64,000 bases of DNA from an uncultured virus (IMG/VR IMGVR_UViG_3300047480_000789) (IMGVR_UViG_3300047480_000789), one strand, 5' to 3'. Positions 50,936-61,209 are shown, counted from the first letter of the stretch. Numbers and translations are program-made. The notes: a model not told the origin generated them from the letters alone.

Positions 50936-52678
50936 TTATCTTAAAGTTCCCATATCAAATGTAGTAATACCCGCTACGTCAATGATACCAAAGTAACGGT
51001 TGTTAACCATTTTCTTCGCGTATCTTGTCATAATTCCTTTGATAGGAGTCATATTGAACGGATTGTACATTGTTGGTGTTAACTGTAATGGCACATATGG
51101 TGCGTATACATAACCTGCATCTAACAAAGATTTACCTTTGTGGCCGATTAAGATTTTTCCAGCTGGGAAGTAAGGATCACGATACACTTGGTAACGACCT
51201 GCTACTGAACCGATTTTCTCGATACCCATATTGTACTGATCTTGCTCTGGTTCTGCGTTAGAAACGTGGAAATACTCTAAATCATCGAATACTGCAGATA
51301 CTTCTGAAGAAACAACAATCCAGTTTGCTCCACCTCTTAACGTAGTTTTATGAATTTGTGCAGAAATTTGGTTGATTTTAGTAACCAAAGTTTGGTTCCA
51401 ATCTTTTTGAGTGTAACCTTGTAGAGTTGCTCCACTAGTTCCACCGTACTTCCAACCATTGTAATCCCACTTAGCTTTCCAAGCCGCACCTTTACGTAAA
51501 TCACGTAAAATTTCACGGTCAACTTCAGCAGCAATTTGCTCAGATAATAAAGCTGTTAATTCAGCTTCAGCATCGATATTGTGGAATGCACTAACGTCTT
51601 GTGCTAATTCTGGAGACCAGCTAGCTCTTAATTTTCTCTCAGTTACAGAAACCGTTACTGATTCTAAATCAAAAGAAACTTCACCAATCATATCTTCAAA
51701 CTCTAAAGATGCGTATTGACGATAAGTCGCTGCGAAGTCACCTTTAGCAAGTGTTGAACTTTCAACAGTGTATGGTGAAAATCCTGCAGTTGCACTGTAC
51801 TTTTCTAAATCAACTTGAACGTAAATTTTACCTTCGATATCACAAACGTCATAGTATGAACCTGTGTTACCAGCCGCTTTAGCACCATATTCAACAATAC
51901 CTTTACCGTATTTGTTAGTAACTAAGTTGAATGGTAATGTTGCTGAACCTGTGTGACCAGTGATTGCTGCGTCTGCAGTTGTGATTTGTAATGAAGCTAA
52001 GAACTCTTCAGTGTCCATTTCGTTACCGTTAGGACCTGCTAATTTACCAGCACCTGCTTGTGTAAATCCTGTTAATACTAATACGATAGAACTAACTGAA
52101 CTACCAGTTGCAATTGGGTTAACTGAAGTAGTTTGGCCGTTTGCAAATGTAACGATATCAGCAACCGTTAAAGATTGTGAAGTGAAAGAACCTTTTGAAT
52201 AATCGAAAAGACCTTGATCGTTAGCATCTGAATTTTCGTAGAAACGATCATAAAGATTTTTTACACCTGTATCGTAACCAGCGGTTGCTGAATCACTATT
52301 ACCTGGCATCTTATAAGGAGCATAATGGTCTGCACCATTTCTCTCTTGAATTTTAGGTACAAAGTAGAATAATTTACCAATTGGTAAGTTCATTGCTTGT
52401 ACTGAAACGATATCGTTCGCTAATAATTTAGAGAACACACGACGAATGATAGGGAATACCACAGTCTCGAATGAACCTGAAGCGTCACTTGTAGCCGCTT
52501 CGTTGATTAAATAAGACGCTTGGTTTTCATATAATTGCGCGATGTTATCTTTTTGGTGACCGTCAAGACCTTCTAAAAAGCCTAACTCATCCCATTTTTT
52601 GATGGTATCTTCTTTAATAACACGAAGGTGCTTAAGACCGATGTTACCTACCATACCTGATTCTAATAATGCTCCCAT
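50936..52678 (-). CDS. Major capsid protein (T4 gp23-like)
   Basis: VSVQAMNLPIGKLFY, RKLRASWSPELAQD, DAEAELTALLSEQIAAEVDREI, YAPYVPL, GIMTRYA. Confidence 0.97.
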   Translation of the reverse strand: MGALLESGMVGNIGLKHLRVIKEDTIKKWDELGFLEGLDGHQKDNIAQLYENQASYLINEAATSDASGSFETVVFPIIRRVFSKLLANDIVSVQAMNLPIGKLFYFVPKIQERNGADHYAPYKMPGNSDSATAGYDTGVKNLYDRFYENSDANDQGLFDYSKGSFTSQSLTVADIVTFANGQTTSVNPIATGSSVSSIVLVLTGFTQAGAGKLAGPNGNEMDTEEFLASLQITTADAAITGHTGSATLPFNLVTNKYGKGIVEYGAKAAGNTGSYYDVCDIEGKIYVQVDLEKYSATAGFSPYTVESSTLAKGDFAATYRQYASLEFEDMIGEVSFDLESVTVSVTERKLRASWSPELAQDVSAFHNIDAEAELTALLSEQIAAEVDREILRDLRKGAAWKAKWDYNGWKYGGTSGATLQGYTQKDWNQTLVTKINQISAQIHKTTLRGGANWIVVSSEVSAVFDDLEYFHVSNAEPEQDQYNMGIEKIGSVAGRYQVYRDPYFPAGKILIGHKGKSLLDAGYVYAPYVPLQLTPTMYNPFNMTPIKGIMTRYAKKMVNNRYFGIIDVAGITTFDMGTLR

Positions 52679-52712
52679 TTTAAAATTGTATTTTGTTTTT
52701 TGTTTAGTTTAT

Positions 52713-53930
52713 TTATTTTATTTTACTCATCATTTCCTTAATTCTTCTAAACTGAGGATTCTCATACGCTTTAGACTCAGATAAAACTTCAGTAGATGAA
52801 GAAGATGATGGAGTATTAGAGATTTTTGTCGCAACTGATTCGGTAACTGTTGTTTTTGAACCTAATTCAGTTTTGATTGTTGCGAATAAAGACTTTGCCT
52901 CATTCATTGTAGAAACTGTATCGAATCTCTTTAAGATATTCAATTTCTCTTGTTTTGTTGTAGAATGTTCTGTAAACAAACGAGTAGCGTAAGCTAAGTT
53001 TGCATTAAATACGGCAACTTCGTTAAGTTTTTCCTTGAATAAAACTAATGCTTTCTTATATTCAGCGTTTTGCTTTTTTAAGTTTTCAACTTCTTCATTC
53101 ATTTCGTGACGACCCGCCTTGTATTTCATACCTTGACGTGGACCTTCACCTCTAACGTCATTTGCTTGTGTTCTTGCAGCTTCGGTAGTCTCAATTTCTT
53201 TAGAATCATCTTCTTCAGAAACCTCTTCTTCCTCTTCTTCTTCCTCGTCCAATTCAATTTCGTAAATTGTTTCTTCCTCTTCTTCAGAAACATCACCCGC
53301 CATATCGTCAGATACAGGTGGGAAATCGGTGTCATCATCTTCAGAATCTAAACCATCAACGGGTAATTCCATTGTGTCTTCAGTTTCTAATGAATCTTCA
53401 CCATCTAATTTAATGATGTATTCGTCTTCACCAGTATTGAAATCGATATTATCACCGTCTTTCTTAACTACAATACCATCTTCTGGTTTCATAGCCTTGA
53501 AAACCTTTAAAACTTCATCATCTGAAGCTGTGGTCATATCCATTACATCATCGTCATCCTCAACATCTGTATTATCTAAATCAGGTAATTCTAATGAATC
53601 CCCTTCTTCGTCATTAATACCTCCGTCAAGACCTTCGATGTCTTTACTTGGCTCATTATCGAGGTCTGTGTCATTTTCAGTATCGTCAGCCGTAGCTTCC
53701 TCATCTGACATATCGTCTTCCTCTTCTTCAGGTGTTGGTTGTTCGTCGATAGGAGTTTCTTCCTCCTCTTCTTTCGCAACTTCTTCCTCTTCTTCCAATG
53801 ATTCTTTAAGCAAATCTTTAAGTTCTTCCTTCATAGTTGAAGCAAGTATACCTTTTGCATTTTGCTTTACTGCTTCTTCAAGATTCTGTACTTGAAGTAA
53901 CGCTTGTTCTAAAATAGATTTTTCAGTCAT
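52713..53930 (-). CDS. Prohead scaffold / core protein
   Basis: Highly acidic with a coiled coil; between protease and capsid genes. Confidence 0.8.
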   Translation of the reverse strand: MTEKSILEQALLQVQNLEEAVKQNAKGILASTMKEELKDLLKESLEEEEEVAKEEEEETPIDEQPTPEEEEDDMSDEEATADDTENDTDLDNEPSKDIEGLDGGINDEEGDSLELPDLDNTDVEDDDDVMDMTTASDDEVLKVFKAMKPEDGIVVKKDGDNIDFNTGEDEYIIKLDGEDSLETEDTMELPVDGLDSEDDDTDFPPVSDDMAGDVSEEEEETIYEIELDEEEEEEEEVSEEDDSKEIETTEAARTQANDVRGEGPRQGMKYKAGRHEMNEEVENLKKQNAEYKKALVLFKEKLNEVAVFNANLAYATRLFTEHSTTKQEKLNILKRFDTVSTMNEAKSLFATIKTELGSKTTVTESVATKISNTPSSSSSTEVLSESKAYENPQFRRIKEMMSKIK

Positions 53931-54018
53931 TGTGAAAATTTGTTGTTTTATTACCTTATAAATAGTGTGAAATGTTGAAAAATTCTCTTTTTCAATATAA
54001 TCACCCCCATAAAATTTA

Positions 54019-54702
54019 TTATTTAGATAAAAAAGTGTCTAAATTACCCATTAATTTTTTCATTCTATCTTCCATTGCGGGTTTCTTAATTTCAGATTCT
54101 TGATATTGTTCTCTATCCGATGGATCACTAAAAATGTAAGCACCAGGAGTAGATGGGGAGGATACTAAATCAAAACAAACTAATTCAAAGTCCTCTTGTA
54201 CGATGTTTTGACCCTTTACATTCTTCAATGAGCCAACACCACGAGAAGAAATACCCAATGTTGCACCGTTCATTATTAACATTGCAGCTTGGTCTCCTTT
54301 TGTTGAAACGATTCCCATCTTCTTCCAACCTGGAGAAGTGAATAATTTTATTTTACCCATAAGAATTTTTCCGTCCCACCAAGTTTCAAGAATTGAGTGT
54401 GAGACCCTATCTAAGTCGATAAGTGAAGATGATGGGTGATTAAGCTCATTTAACGCACTACCCTTCCTAATTAGAGTTTGATATTTTTCGTTTTCTCTCT
54501 TTAATAGAACTTCGGGATAAATTCTTCCATTCTTATTTGGAGTGTCGTATTTTTGTAAAACGGCATAAAGAATAAGGTCTTGTGAAAAGTCCATATTCTT
54601 CATTTCCGATATAATTTGTTTGTTGTCGTCTGGAGATACGTGTCCTGCGTCGTATTCAATTAAAATCCCGTGTCCAGTTTCCTTTGGTCCTAATATCTTC
54701 AT
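54019..54702 (-). CDS. Prohead maturation protease (T4 gp21-like)
   Basis: NKNGRIYP, ELNHP, VSH, GISSRGVGS, FDLVSSPS. Confidence 0.95.
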   Translation of the reverse strand: MKILGPKETGHGILIEYDAGHVSPDDNKQIISEMKNMDFSQDLILYAVLQKYDTPNKNGRIYPEVLLKRENEKYQTLIRKGSALNELNHPSSSLIDLDRVSHSILETWWDGKILMGKIKLFTSPGWKKMGIVSTKGDQAAMLIMNGATLGISSRGVGSLKNVKGQNIVQEDFELVCFDLVSSPSTPGAYIFSDPSDREQYQESEIKKPAMEDRMKKLMGNLDTFLSK

Positions 54703-54740
54703 TTATAGATTTTATTACTATAAATACATCAATATCTAAG

Positions 54741-55166
54741 TTATTTTTTTGATTTGTAAAAATTGAATAATTTTTTATTGGAAAGACCCTCCTCAATAAC
54801 CGTTAATAAAATATCTTTTACATTATTTTTGGTTTCTTTTGACTTAACATCGAATTGTTTATCGACATATAAAGTCACCTCTAAGTTCATAAAAGACCTT
54901 TTTTCTAATTTTATTCCTTTTGTTCTTACATCTAAATCAACAATTGATTGTTGTTTAAAATTGGGACTATTAAGATTGTAAATAATTTCTTTTACTTTTC
55001 TTCTGGTTTTACTAATCGTTAAATCAAAATCGTCGGTTTCATTATCAGCTTGAATCCAAGAATTTAATTTAAGATAAATGGTTTTTAAATTTTTAAAATC
55101 TACGGTACCATAACCGATTTTTACGTTTTGGTATGTCCCTAATGGGATATACTTACCTGTCTTCAT
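54741..55166 (-). CDS. Hypothetical protein
   Basis: 141 aa ORF, divergent from bS21. Confidence 0.65.
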   Translation of the reverse strand: MKTGKYIPLGTYQNVKIGYGTVDFKNLKTIYLKLNSWIQADNETDDFDLTISKTRRKVKEIIYNLNSPNFKQQSIVDLDVRTKGIKLEKRSFMNLEVTLYVDKQFDVKSKETKNNVKDILLTVIEEGLSNKKLFNFYKSKK

Positions 55167-55268
55167 TAATTTTTCATATTATTTCATTTTATGGTGTTAA
55201 TAAAAAATAACAAAAAAAAATTACAATACCAAAAATATTTTTATATATTTGTAATATACTTATATATT

Positions 55269-55460
55269 ATGATTATAATTGACTTATCTAAAGAAAAAAG
55301 CATAGAGAGTGCGTTAAGGACTTACAAACAGAAAGTTCAAAAAACTAAACAGATTCAAAAATTGAGGGAAAGAAAAGAATTCACCAAACCTTCAGTTATT
55401 AAAAGAAATGAAAAGTTGAAGGCAGTCTATGTACAACAAATAAAAAATGGTCTTAATTAA
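55269..55460 (+). CDS. rpsU: Phage-encoded 30S ribosomal protein bS21
   Basis: MIIID...ESALRTYKQKVQKTKQIQKLRERKEFTKPSVIKR matches bS21; 63 aa from ATG 55269. Confidence 0.9.
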   Translation: MIIIDLSKEKSIESALRTYKQKVQKTKQIQKLRERKEFTKPSVIKRNEKLKAVYVQQIKNGLN

Positions 55461-55472
55461 GACCATTTTTTA
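55441..55472. repeat. Perfect 32-bp palindrome at convergent gene ends
   Basis: TAAAAAATGGTCTTAA|TTAAGACCATTTTTTA. Confidence 0.95.
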
Positions 55473-56202
55473 ATTCTGTCAATCTATAGTAATTATATCT
55501 TGAAGTTTCCATTTCGTCTACTTCATTTTTTACTTTATTTAATTTACTTATCATTTCACTATCATTTACCACTGACTCGTTTAAAAGTGTATTGACTTGA
55601 TTTGTAATTGATTCTTTTAATTCAATTGTTTTAGATTCCAATTCTTCACTTGGGATTGATAATATGTTTTTCAACTCTTCTTGTTGTGACTCAGATAATG
55701 TATTTGAATATAATATATTAAAATTATTTGCTAATACTGCGTGTAATAGATTTTCGTTTTGAGAATAAACGACTTGCTTAGATTCGTTTACATCTTTTTT
55801 AGTTATTAAATGGTCGACCAATTTCTTTTTAGCAATCACTTTATTTTCAATATTTGAAAGTGAATCTTTTAACGTTAATTGATCTAACGATTCATACAAT
55901 TGATTAGTTTTAATTTCAACATCACCTAATTTATTATTTAATGATTCACAAAAAACTGTTAAGTCATCTTTAGTCATTAATTGTGATAACATTGTGCTCA
56001 CCCCCTCAACGTATAATTTTGCAGTTTCTTTATCCTCAATATACTTGTTTTCAATTTCTTCATAGAACAAATACATTTCTTTAAAGTCTTTATTTTCTTT
56101 AATTGTTTTTAATATATCTTTAACTTCTGTCTTATTTTCTTTTGTGTAAGACTCAGTTAATTTTGTCAACATTTTGGATTTTAATTCCCCGAATTTGTTC
56201 AT
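55453..56202 (-). CDS. Hypothetical head-module protein
   Basis: 249 aa, helical, directly after the portal gene. Confidence 0.7.
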   Translation of the reverse strand: MNKFGELKSKMLTKLTESYTKENKTEVKDILKTIKENKDFKEMYLFYEEIENKYIEDKETAKLYVEGVSTMLSQLMTKDDLTVFCESLNNKLGDVEIKTNQLYESLDQLTLKDSLSNIENKVIAKKKLVDHLITKKDVNESKQVVYSQNENLLHAVLANNFNILYSNTLSESQQEELKNILSIPSEELESKTIELKESITNQVNTLLNESVVNDSEMISKLNKVKNEVDEMETSRYNYYRLTELKNGLN

Positions 56203-56204
56203 TT

Positions 56205-58016
56205 TTAGTCGTTTAATATGTCTTTTATTTTTGTTTCTATTTCATAAATATTCTTTTGTGCTCTTTCCATATCAAATAAGATATTGAAATCTTCGTTTTC
56301 CTCACCCAACATACCTAATATTTTTGATTTTTTTGTTTCACTTAGTGGTTCTTCACCTCCACCACTCGATGGTGGTGGGCCTCCACCCATATCCATACCA
56401 CCTCCTTCGGCACCCTCACCTGATGCGGCATCCATTGCCTTTTCTCTTTCCTCCTCAGGTATACCATACTTCTTATCCACCTCATCAAATACTCCAGAAC
56501 GTTTGATAACCATTTGAGAATTTGTTAATTCGAATCCCATTGCTCTTTCTAAACGTTGTTGTTGTAAATCAAGTAACACTTCACTATCACTCATACCTAA
56601 GATATTTTTCTTGGCCCAAGTGTGTGAAACAGGTAAGATACCAACTTGTGATTGGTCAGACGTAGCGTCTTTATATAATGTAATTTTTTCTTTCCACTGC
56701 TCAATACGTAATAAATCGGATTGTGCGGATGGGTTTGTTAATGATAATGTGAAGTTATTTAATTCATCTTCCATACCTAAAAGGTATAGTTGAATAAGTG
56801 CAATTTTATTTAATTCCTGTATTAACGATTTTTGAATTCTGTTAATTGTACGTGCAAAACGAATATCCATTAATGCTAAACTCTTACCCTCGCCAACAAC
56901 CTCCTCAAATCCTAAGAATGCCTTTGGGATACGTAAAGCGGCTAATAACTTTTTTTGAATATATTCAATATCCGCAATCTCACCTAAATTTTGAGCCCCC
57001 GGTAACGTTTCAATTGGGTTGGTTTGTGATGGGTCTCGAACAGGAATAAAATAATCTTGGTCAACGGCCATTTGGTTGTACCTCATATCCACTTGTCCAT
57101 TACGTGGGTCGGAAATTTGGTCTCTCTTAAATTTGTTAGCCACACGTTGTACATATGGTTCAATATCTTTATCGTCCATATTACCAACAAATACTTTAAA
57201 TACACGTCTTTCAGGTGCTCTCGACGTTCTATAAATTAACATAGCATCTTCAGCAAGTAAAAGTTGTTTCCATATTCTTCTAATCTTATCTAACATAGAT
57301 GTACCATATGGTAATTTTCTATCGTCACCTAATAATCTAAAATGTGCAATTTCCCAAGCTTGGAATTCCATATCTTTGTTCTTCCAAGTAAATCTCAATT
57401 CCCTTGATGGTACTTTTGAATCTTTATTTATGACTCCACCTGCGGTTTTACTTGTTGCGCCCTCTAATCTTTCTATTTCTATATTCGGTAATTGTTGTAC
57501 TCCAACAATTCCTTTTTCGGGGTCAATTTTTAGATACACAAAATCATCACCGTACTTACACATACCACGAGCCCACATTTGTAAGTTCGTATTTATATCT
57601 AATTGATTATTAAATAAATCTTCTAATATGTTTTTAATTCTATCAGATTCTGAATATATAGTCAATATTTGACCTTTTTCGGACATAGTTGTCGACTCTT
57701 CAGCATAAATGTCAAGTGCAGCTGAAATCTCAGGTGTAAACTCCATAGATTCAAAATCGTAATATGCAGCCAATCTATTTGGTTCATAATATACCGATTG
57801 GTTATATAGTGATTGGTCTAACTTGGTCCACTTATCAGCAATGTATTGACTTTGTTGTGCTTGTAACATTGCCTTTTCATACTCTTCTCTACTATCTGTT
57901 TTTAATAATTCATCCTTATTGAAATTAAACGAAGGTGTGTTATCCTGTTTCACACGATTAGGATAACCAAACATTCTGGTCATTTTTTGGAATACTGTTA
58001 AATTTTGATTTGCCAT
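56205..58016 (-). CDS. Portal protein (T4 gp20-like)
   Basis: EDAMLIYRTSRAPERRVFKVFVGNM, DYFIP, IETLPG, LRIP. Confidence 0.96.
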   Translation of the reverse strand: MANQNLTVFQKMTRMFGYPNRVKQDNTPSFNFNKDELLKTDSREEYEKAMLQAQQSQYIADKWTKLDQSLYNQSVYYEPNRLAAYYDFESMEFTPEISAALDIYAEESTTMSEKGQILTIYSESDRIKNILEDLFNNQLDINTNLQMWARGMCKYGDDFVYLKIDPEKGIVGVQQLPNIEIERLEGATSKTAGGVINKDSKVPSRELRFTWKNKDMEFQAWEIAHFRLLGDDRKLPYGTSMLDKIRRIWKQLLLAEDAMLIYRTSRAPERRVFKVFVGNMDDKDIEPYVQRVANKFKRDQISDPRNGQVDMRYNQMAVDQDYFIPVRDPSQTNPIETLPGAQNLGEIADIEYIQKKLLAALRIPKAFLGFEEVVGEGKSLALMDIRFARTINRIQKSLIQELNKIALIQLYLLGMEDELNNFTLSLTNPSAQSDLLRIEQWKEKITLYKDATSDQSQVGILPVSHTWAKKNILGMSDSEVLLDLQQQRLERAMGFELTNSQMVIKRSGVFDEVDKKYGIPEEEREKAMDAASGEGAEGGGMDMGGGPPPSSGGGEEPLSETKKSKILGMLGEENEDFNILFDMERAQKNIYEIETKIKDILND

Positions 58017-58070
58017 TGTATATAAATACTTTTCTTTACAATATAAACTAAATAATTAGCAATGGGAAGT

Positions 58071-59846
58071 TTATCTCGGTTTACCAAATAACCACATATG
58101 GTCACGATAAACTTCTTTCGACACATTCATTGAATTATTTTGATGATAAATGTTGTTAGTGTCCATACCCATAGAACCAATTTGGTCAAAAGACGTACCA
58201 TATGAATAAAATGTTTTATTCGGTTCATATGTTCTTTCTGTCATAGTCCAAGATTCCAACATTGCCTTATTTGCGTTTTCATTTTTTTGTAATTGATTAA
58301 ACGACATATCCGCCACATAAAGGGCCATTGACATACTCATAATGGCATCATCGTGAGCACCCTTCATATGGTCGGGCCTACCATTTATGTAAACAAATGT
58401 ATTTAACTCGTTTAGTAATCTATTTGACCTAACTTGAAATCCTTTTCTTAATTGTTCTTCGAACGCTGCCACAATTTGAGTTCGTTTATTATTAAAATTA
58501 AGTCCGGGTATTTTTTCCATAGCTTTTGAATTATACTCCCATATATTTTTGGTGTTAATTCCATCAATATATAAGTTTTTATAATTCATTTCTTGTAATT
58601 TTCTTGAAGTTGCCACACCCATACCTCCGGTAATATCAATCACAATAAACGCCTCATATAAAATCCCCCACTTATAACAAATGGATGCCAAATCATCTGG
58701 AGGTATTTTACCGATATATTCTGCAACTTGTTCACGCTCATCAAAATCGATTACACATATAGACGAAAAGTCTTCACTATCACCCCTACTTACGTCAACT
58801 CCCATAATGTATCTATGTCCTTGAATTGGTTCTTTCCATTGCCAAAATGTACCTTGCATATACTTTTCTTTAGGTACACGAATCATATTTTTGGCAATAT
58901 TCTCTTGTACATCACCGGGAATTACACCATCTCCCGAACCTAAAAAGTCACATTCTAACTCTTGAGCAATTTTACGTCTATCGTATTTAAACTTTTTAGA
59001 CATAGATTCAAACCAAGAAGAATATGGTTTATAACCTTGTTCTTCTAATTCCTGATACTTTTCAATATCAAAATCAGTTATTACAACCTCATCATCATTA
59101 TATTGTTCTCTATTTAACATATAGTGACAAATATCTTGACATTTTACCCAACGTAAATCTTTGGTATATCGAGGGTCTTTAAACCATCTTAAATCAGTAA
59201 TATGAAAGTCGTTTAACCCACGAATTGCTTGGTCATAAACACCGTAATATATGGGGTCATAACCATTTGGGGTAGATACTAATATAATCTTACCACCCGT
59301 AGATAAGGACGCCATTGAAGCTGCCCAAAAATCTTCGCCCGCCTCAATATAGGCTGCCTCGTCAAATACAAGTATGGTCGGTGTATAACCTCGCAAAGCA
59401 TCTGCGGATGTTGCCACCGCCTTAACTTCACAACCATTGTTTAATCTAAATCTACTTTCTGAGTTTTTATCTGGTGAAAATCCGACATTTAACCATTCGG
59501 GCCATTGTTCTAAAAAGTGACGAACTTTGTTCGCCATTTCCACTGCGGTATCTTTTTTATTTGCAATTAATAAAACTCTTTCAGGTTCATCAGGTTTTGC
59601 TGTTTGTAATTTTTTTGAAATCCAAGCGGCGGTTACTGTTGTCACGCCCGCTTGTCTATATTTTCTTGTGATATTTTCGTTATAGACCTCATAATCTTTT
59701 ATTAATTGAACTTGGTCTGGAAATAACTCTAACGGTACATATTTTTTTTGTGTATTATCATATGTTGTTAGATATGTTCTTAATGCATATGGAGCGTCCT
59801 TTATGATTTTAGCGTACTCCATTAATTGTTCTGCTCTCGTATTCAT
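58071..59846 (-). CDS. Terminase large subunit (T4 gp17-like)
   Basis: KYRQAGVTT, VFDEAA, STPNG, QELECDF, GVDVSRG, HDDAIM. Confidence 0.95.
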   Translation of the reverse strand: MNTRAEQLMEYAKIIKDAPYALRTYLTTYDNTQKKYVPLELFPDQVQLIKDYEVYNENITRKYRQAGVTTVTAAWISKKLQTAKPDEPERVLLIANKKDTAVEMANKVRHFLEQWPEWLNVGFSPDKNSESRFRLNNGCEVKAVATSADALRGYTPTILVFDEAAYIEAGEDFWAASMASLSTGGKIILVSTPNGYDPIYYGVYDQAIRGLNDFHITDLRWFKDPRYTKDLRWVKCQDICHYMLNREQYNDDEVVITDFDIEKYQELEEQGYKPYSSWFESMSKKFKYDRRKIAQELECDFLGSGDGVIPGDVQENIAKNMIRVPKEKYMQGTFWQWKEPIQGHRYIMGVDVSRGDSEDFSSICVIDFDEREQVAEYIGKIPPDDLASICYKWGILYEAFIVIDITGGMGVATSRKLQEMNYKNLYIDGINTKNIWEYNSKAMEKIPGLNFNNKRTQIVAAFEEQLRKGFQVRSNRLLNELNTFVYINGRPDHMKGAHDDAIMSMSMALYVADMSFNQLQKNENANKAMLESWTMTERTYEPNKTFYSYGTSFDQIGSMGMDTNNIYHQNNSMNVSKEVYRDHMWLFGKPR

Positions 59847-59858
59847 ATATATAAATAC

Positions 59859-59884
59859 AAAAAAAGGGAGTTAAACTCCCTTTT
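59859..59884. terminator. Terminator hairpin between 59888..61207 and the terminase gene
   Basis: AAAAGGGAG-TTAAA-CTCCCTTTT. Confidence 0.7.
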
Positions 59885-59887
59885 AAA

Positions 59888-61207
59888 TTAATCTTTCGAT
59901 GTTGTGATACCAAGTGAACCTAAAAAATCGTCCAAATCGTCACCGCCATCTTCATCGTCATAATTATCCATTTCTCGATTATATTCGTCCTCTTCCCAAT
60001 CTTCATTTCTTAAACTTTCCTCAATCTCACGTACCATTCTTTCTATAACCTGTTTTGCTCTTGGGTCACCTTTAACAACCATATTCATTAATTTAGCAAA
60101 ATCCTTAGTTGATAATTTTGAAATTCTTGAAAACAAGTAATTTTGAATATGTTTTAAATCGTCTTCATATAATCTATCAGGATATGTGGATAATAATTTT
60201 TCCCATATATACGGTCCAAATCGTAAATCCCATATTTCCATAGGTAAAGTATCCGTAACACCCATTACCATATCAGCCTGTCTTTTTTCATCAGGTAATC
60301 CCTGTGTTGCTATGATTTCCATTGTACCCTTAATTAATTCGTGAACTAACACTGGGAAAAATACTCCACGTGCTCTAACTGTAGGTGGTTCCGTTTCGGG
60401 GTCAATCTCTTCTTTACCGGCTTTAGTTCTTCCATCACCACCTAACATCATCTCATCAGGGAATATCCAATATAACATATCGTTAACGGACATTAAAATA
60501 CCGTATAATGTAACAATGTTTGGTTTAAGCGCCACTAATCTTTCAGATACCAATTCAAACATATAGTGGCCCTTTTTTGAAGATCCCTGAATGAGTGCAT
60601 TCATCACCTTTCTTTTTGCAACTTCGTCATTGAATATCTCAACTGCACTCATAAATTCCTCAACGTCATCACCAGCTTCTTCCGGATTAACACCAAACTC
60701 TTGTTCAATTTCTTCTTCAGTTGGGTTCTCAGATTGATTTGCAAACCCCTCATTACTAATATCACCAATGCCGACCAACTTAGCGTCATATTGAACTACC
60801 CCCTCAGGAACGGCTAATTCTTTCTTAACCAATTCAATCGCTAAGTTTTCTAACATTTCCTTATTCTCAGATTCAAATGATAACACTTCTCTCATTGCCC
60901 CCATCATAGACATTTGTAACTGTCTAAATGTGTTACCGTCGGTCACATTACCTTGTTGTCCTGTGTAATGTTTAACTTTATTAACCACATCAATAAAACG
61001 TTTTGAAGCGATTAATTCTTCAAAATTAGAAGGAATTCCCTCTGGTTGGTCCTGTGGTATGGATGGATTATCCTTATAAGGGGTCTCCTTATCTGCTAAT
61101 TTTCTTTCCAAATCAGGATTCATCCTCTCTGGATTATTACCGTAGTCTATTGGCATCTCATTCAATGTTTCTTGAATTAAAGATAACAATTTTTTCTTGG
61201 AAAACAT
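59888..61207 (-). CDS. Hypothetical protein with a zincin-like HELIKG motif
   Basis: 439 aa; FPVLVHELIKGTME; acidic tail. Confidence 0.6.
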   Translation of the reverse strand: MFSKKKLLSLIQETLNEMPIDYGNNPERMNPDLERKLADKETPYKDNPSIPQDQPEGIPSNFEELIASKRFIDVVNKVKHYTGQQGNVTDGNTFRQLQMSMMGAMREVLSFESENKEMLENLAIELVKKELAVPEGVVQYDAKLVGIGDISNEGFANQSENPTEEEIEQEFGVNPEEAGDDVEEFMSAVEIFNDEVAKRKVMNALIQGSSKKGHYMFELVSERLVALKPNIVTLYGILMSVNDMLYWIFPDEMMLGGDGRTKAGKEEIDPETEPPTVRARGVFFPVLVHELIKGTMEIIATQGLPDEKRQADMVMGVTDTLPMEIWDLRFGPYIWEKLLSTYPDRLYEDDLKHIQNYLFSRISKLSTKDFAKLMNMVVKGDPRAKQVIERMVREIEESLRNEDWEEDEYNREMDNYDDEDGGDDLDDFLGSLGITTSKD

Positions 61208-61209
61208 AA

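Noticed and set aside
55191..55268. N-terminal extension of bS21 given in the ORF track
   Set aside because: Low-complexity A/T intergenic sequence containing promoter motifs; bS21 similarity begins at ATG 55269.
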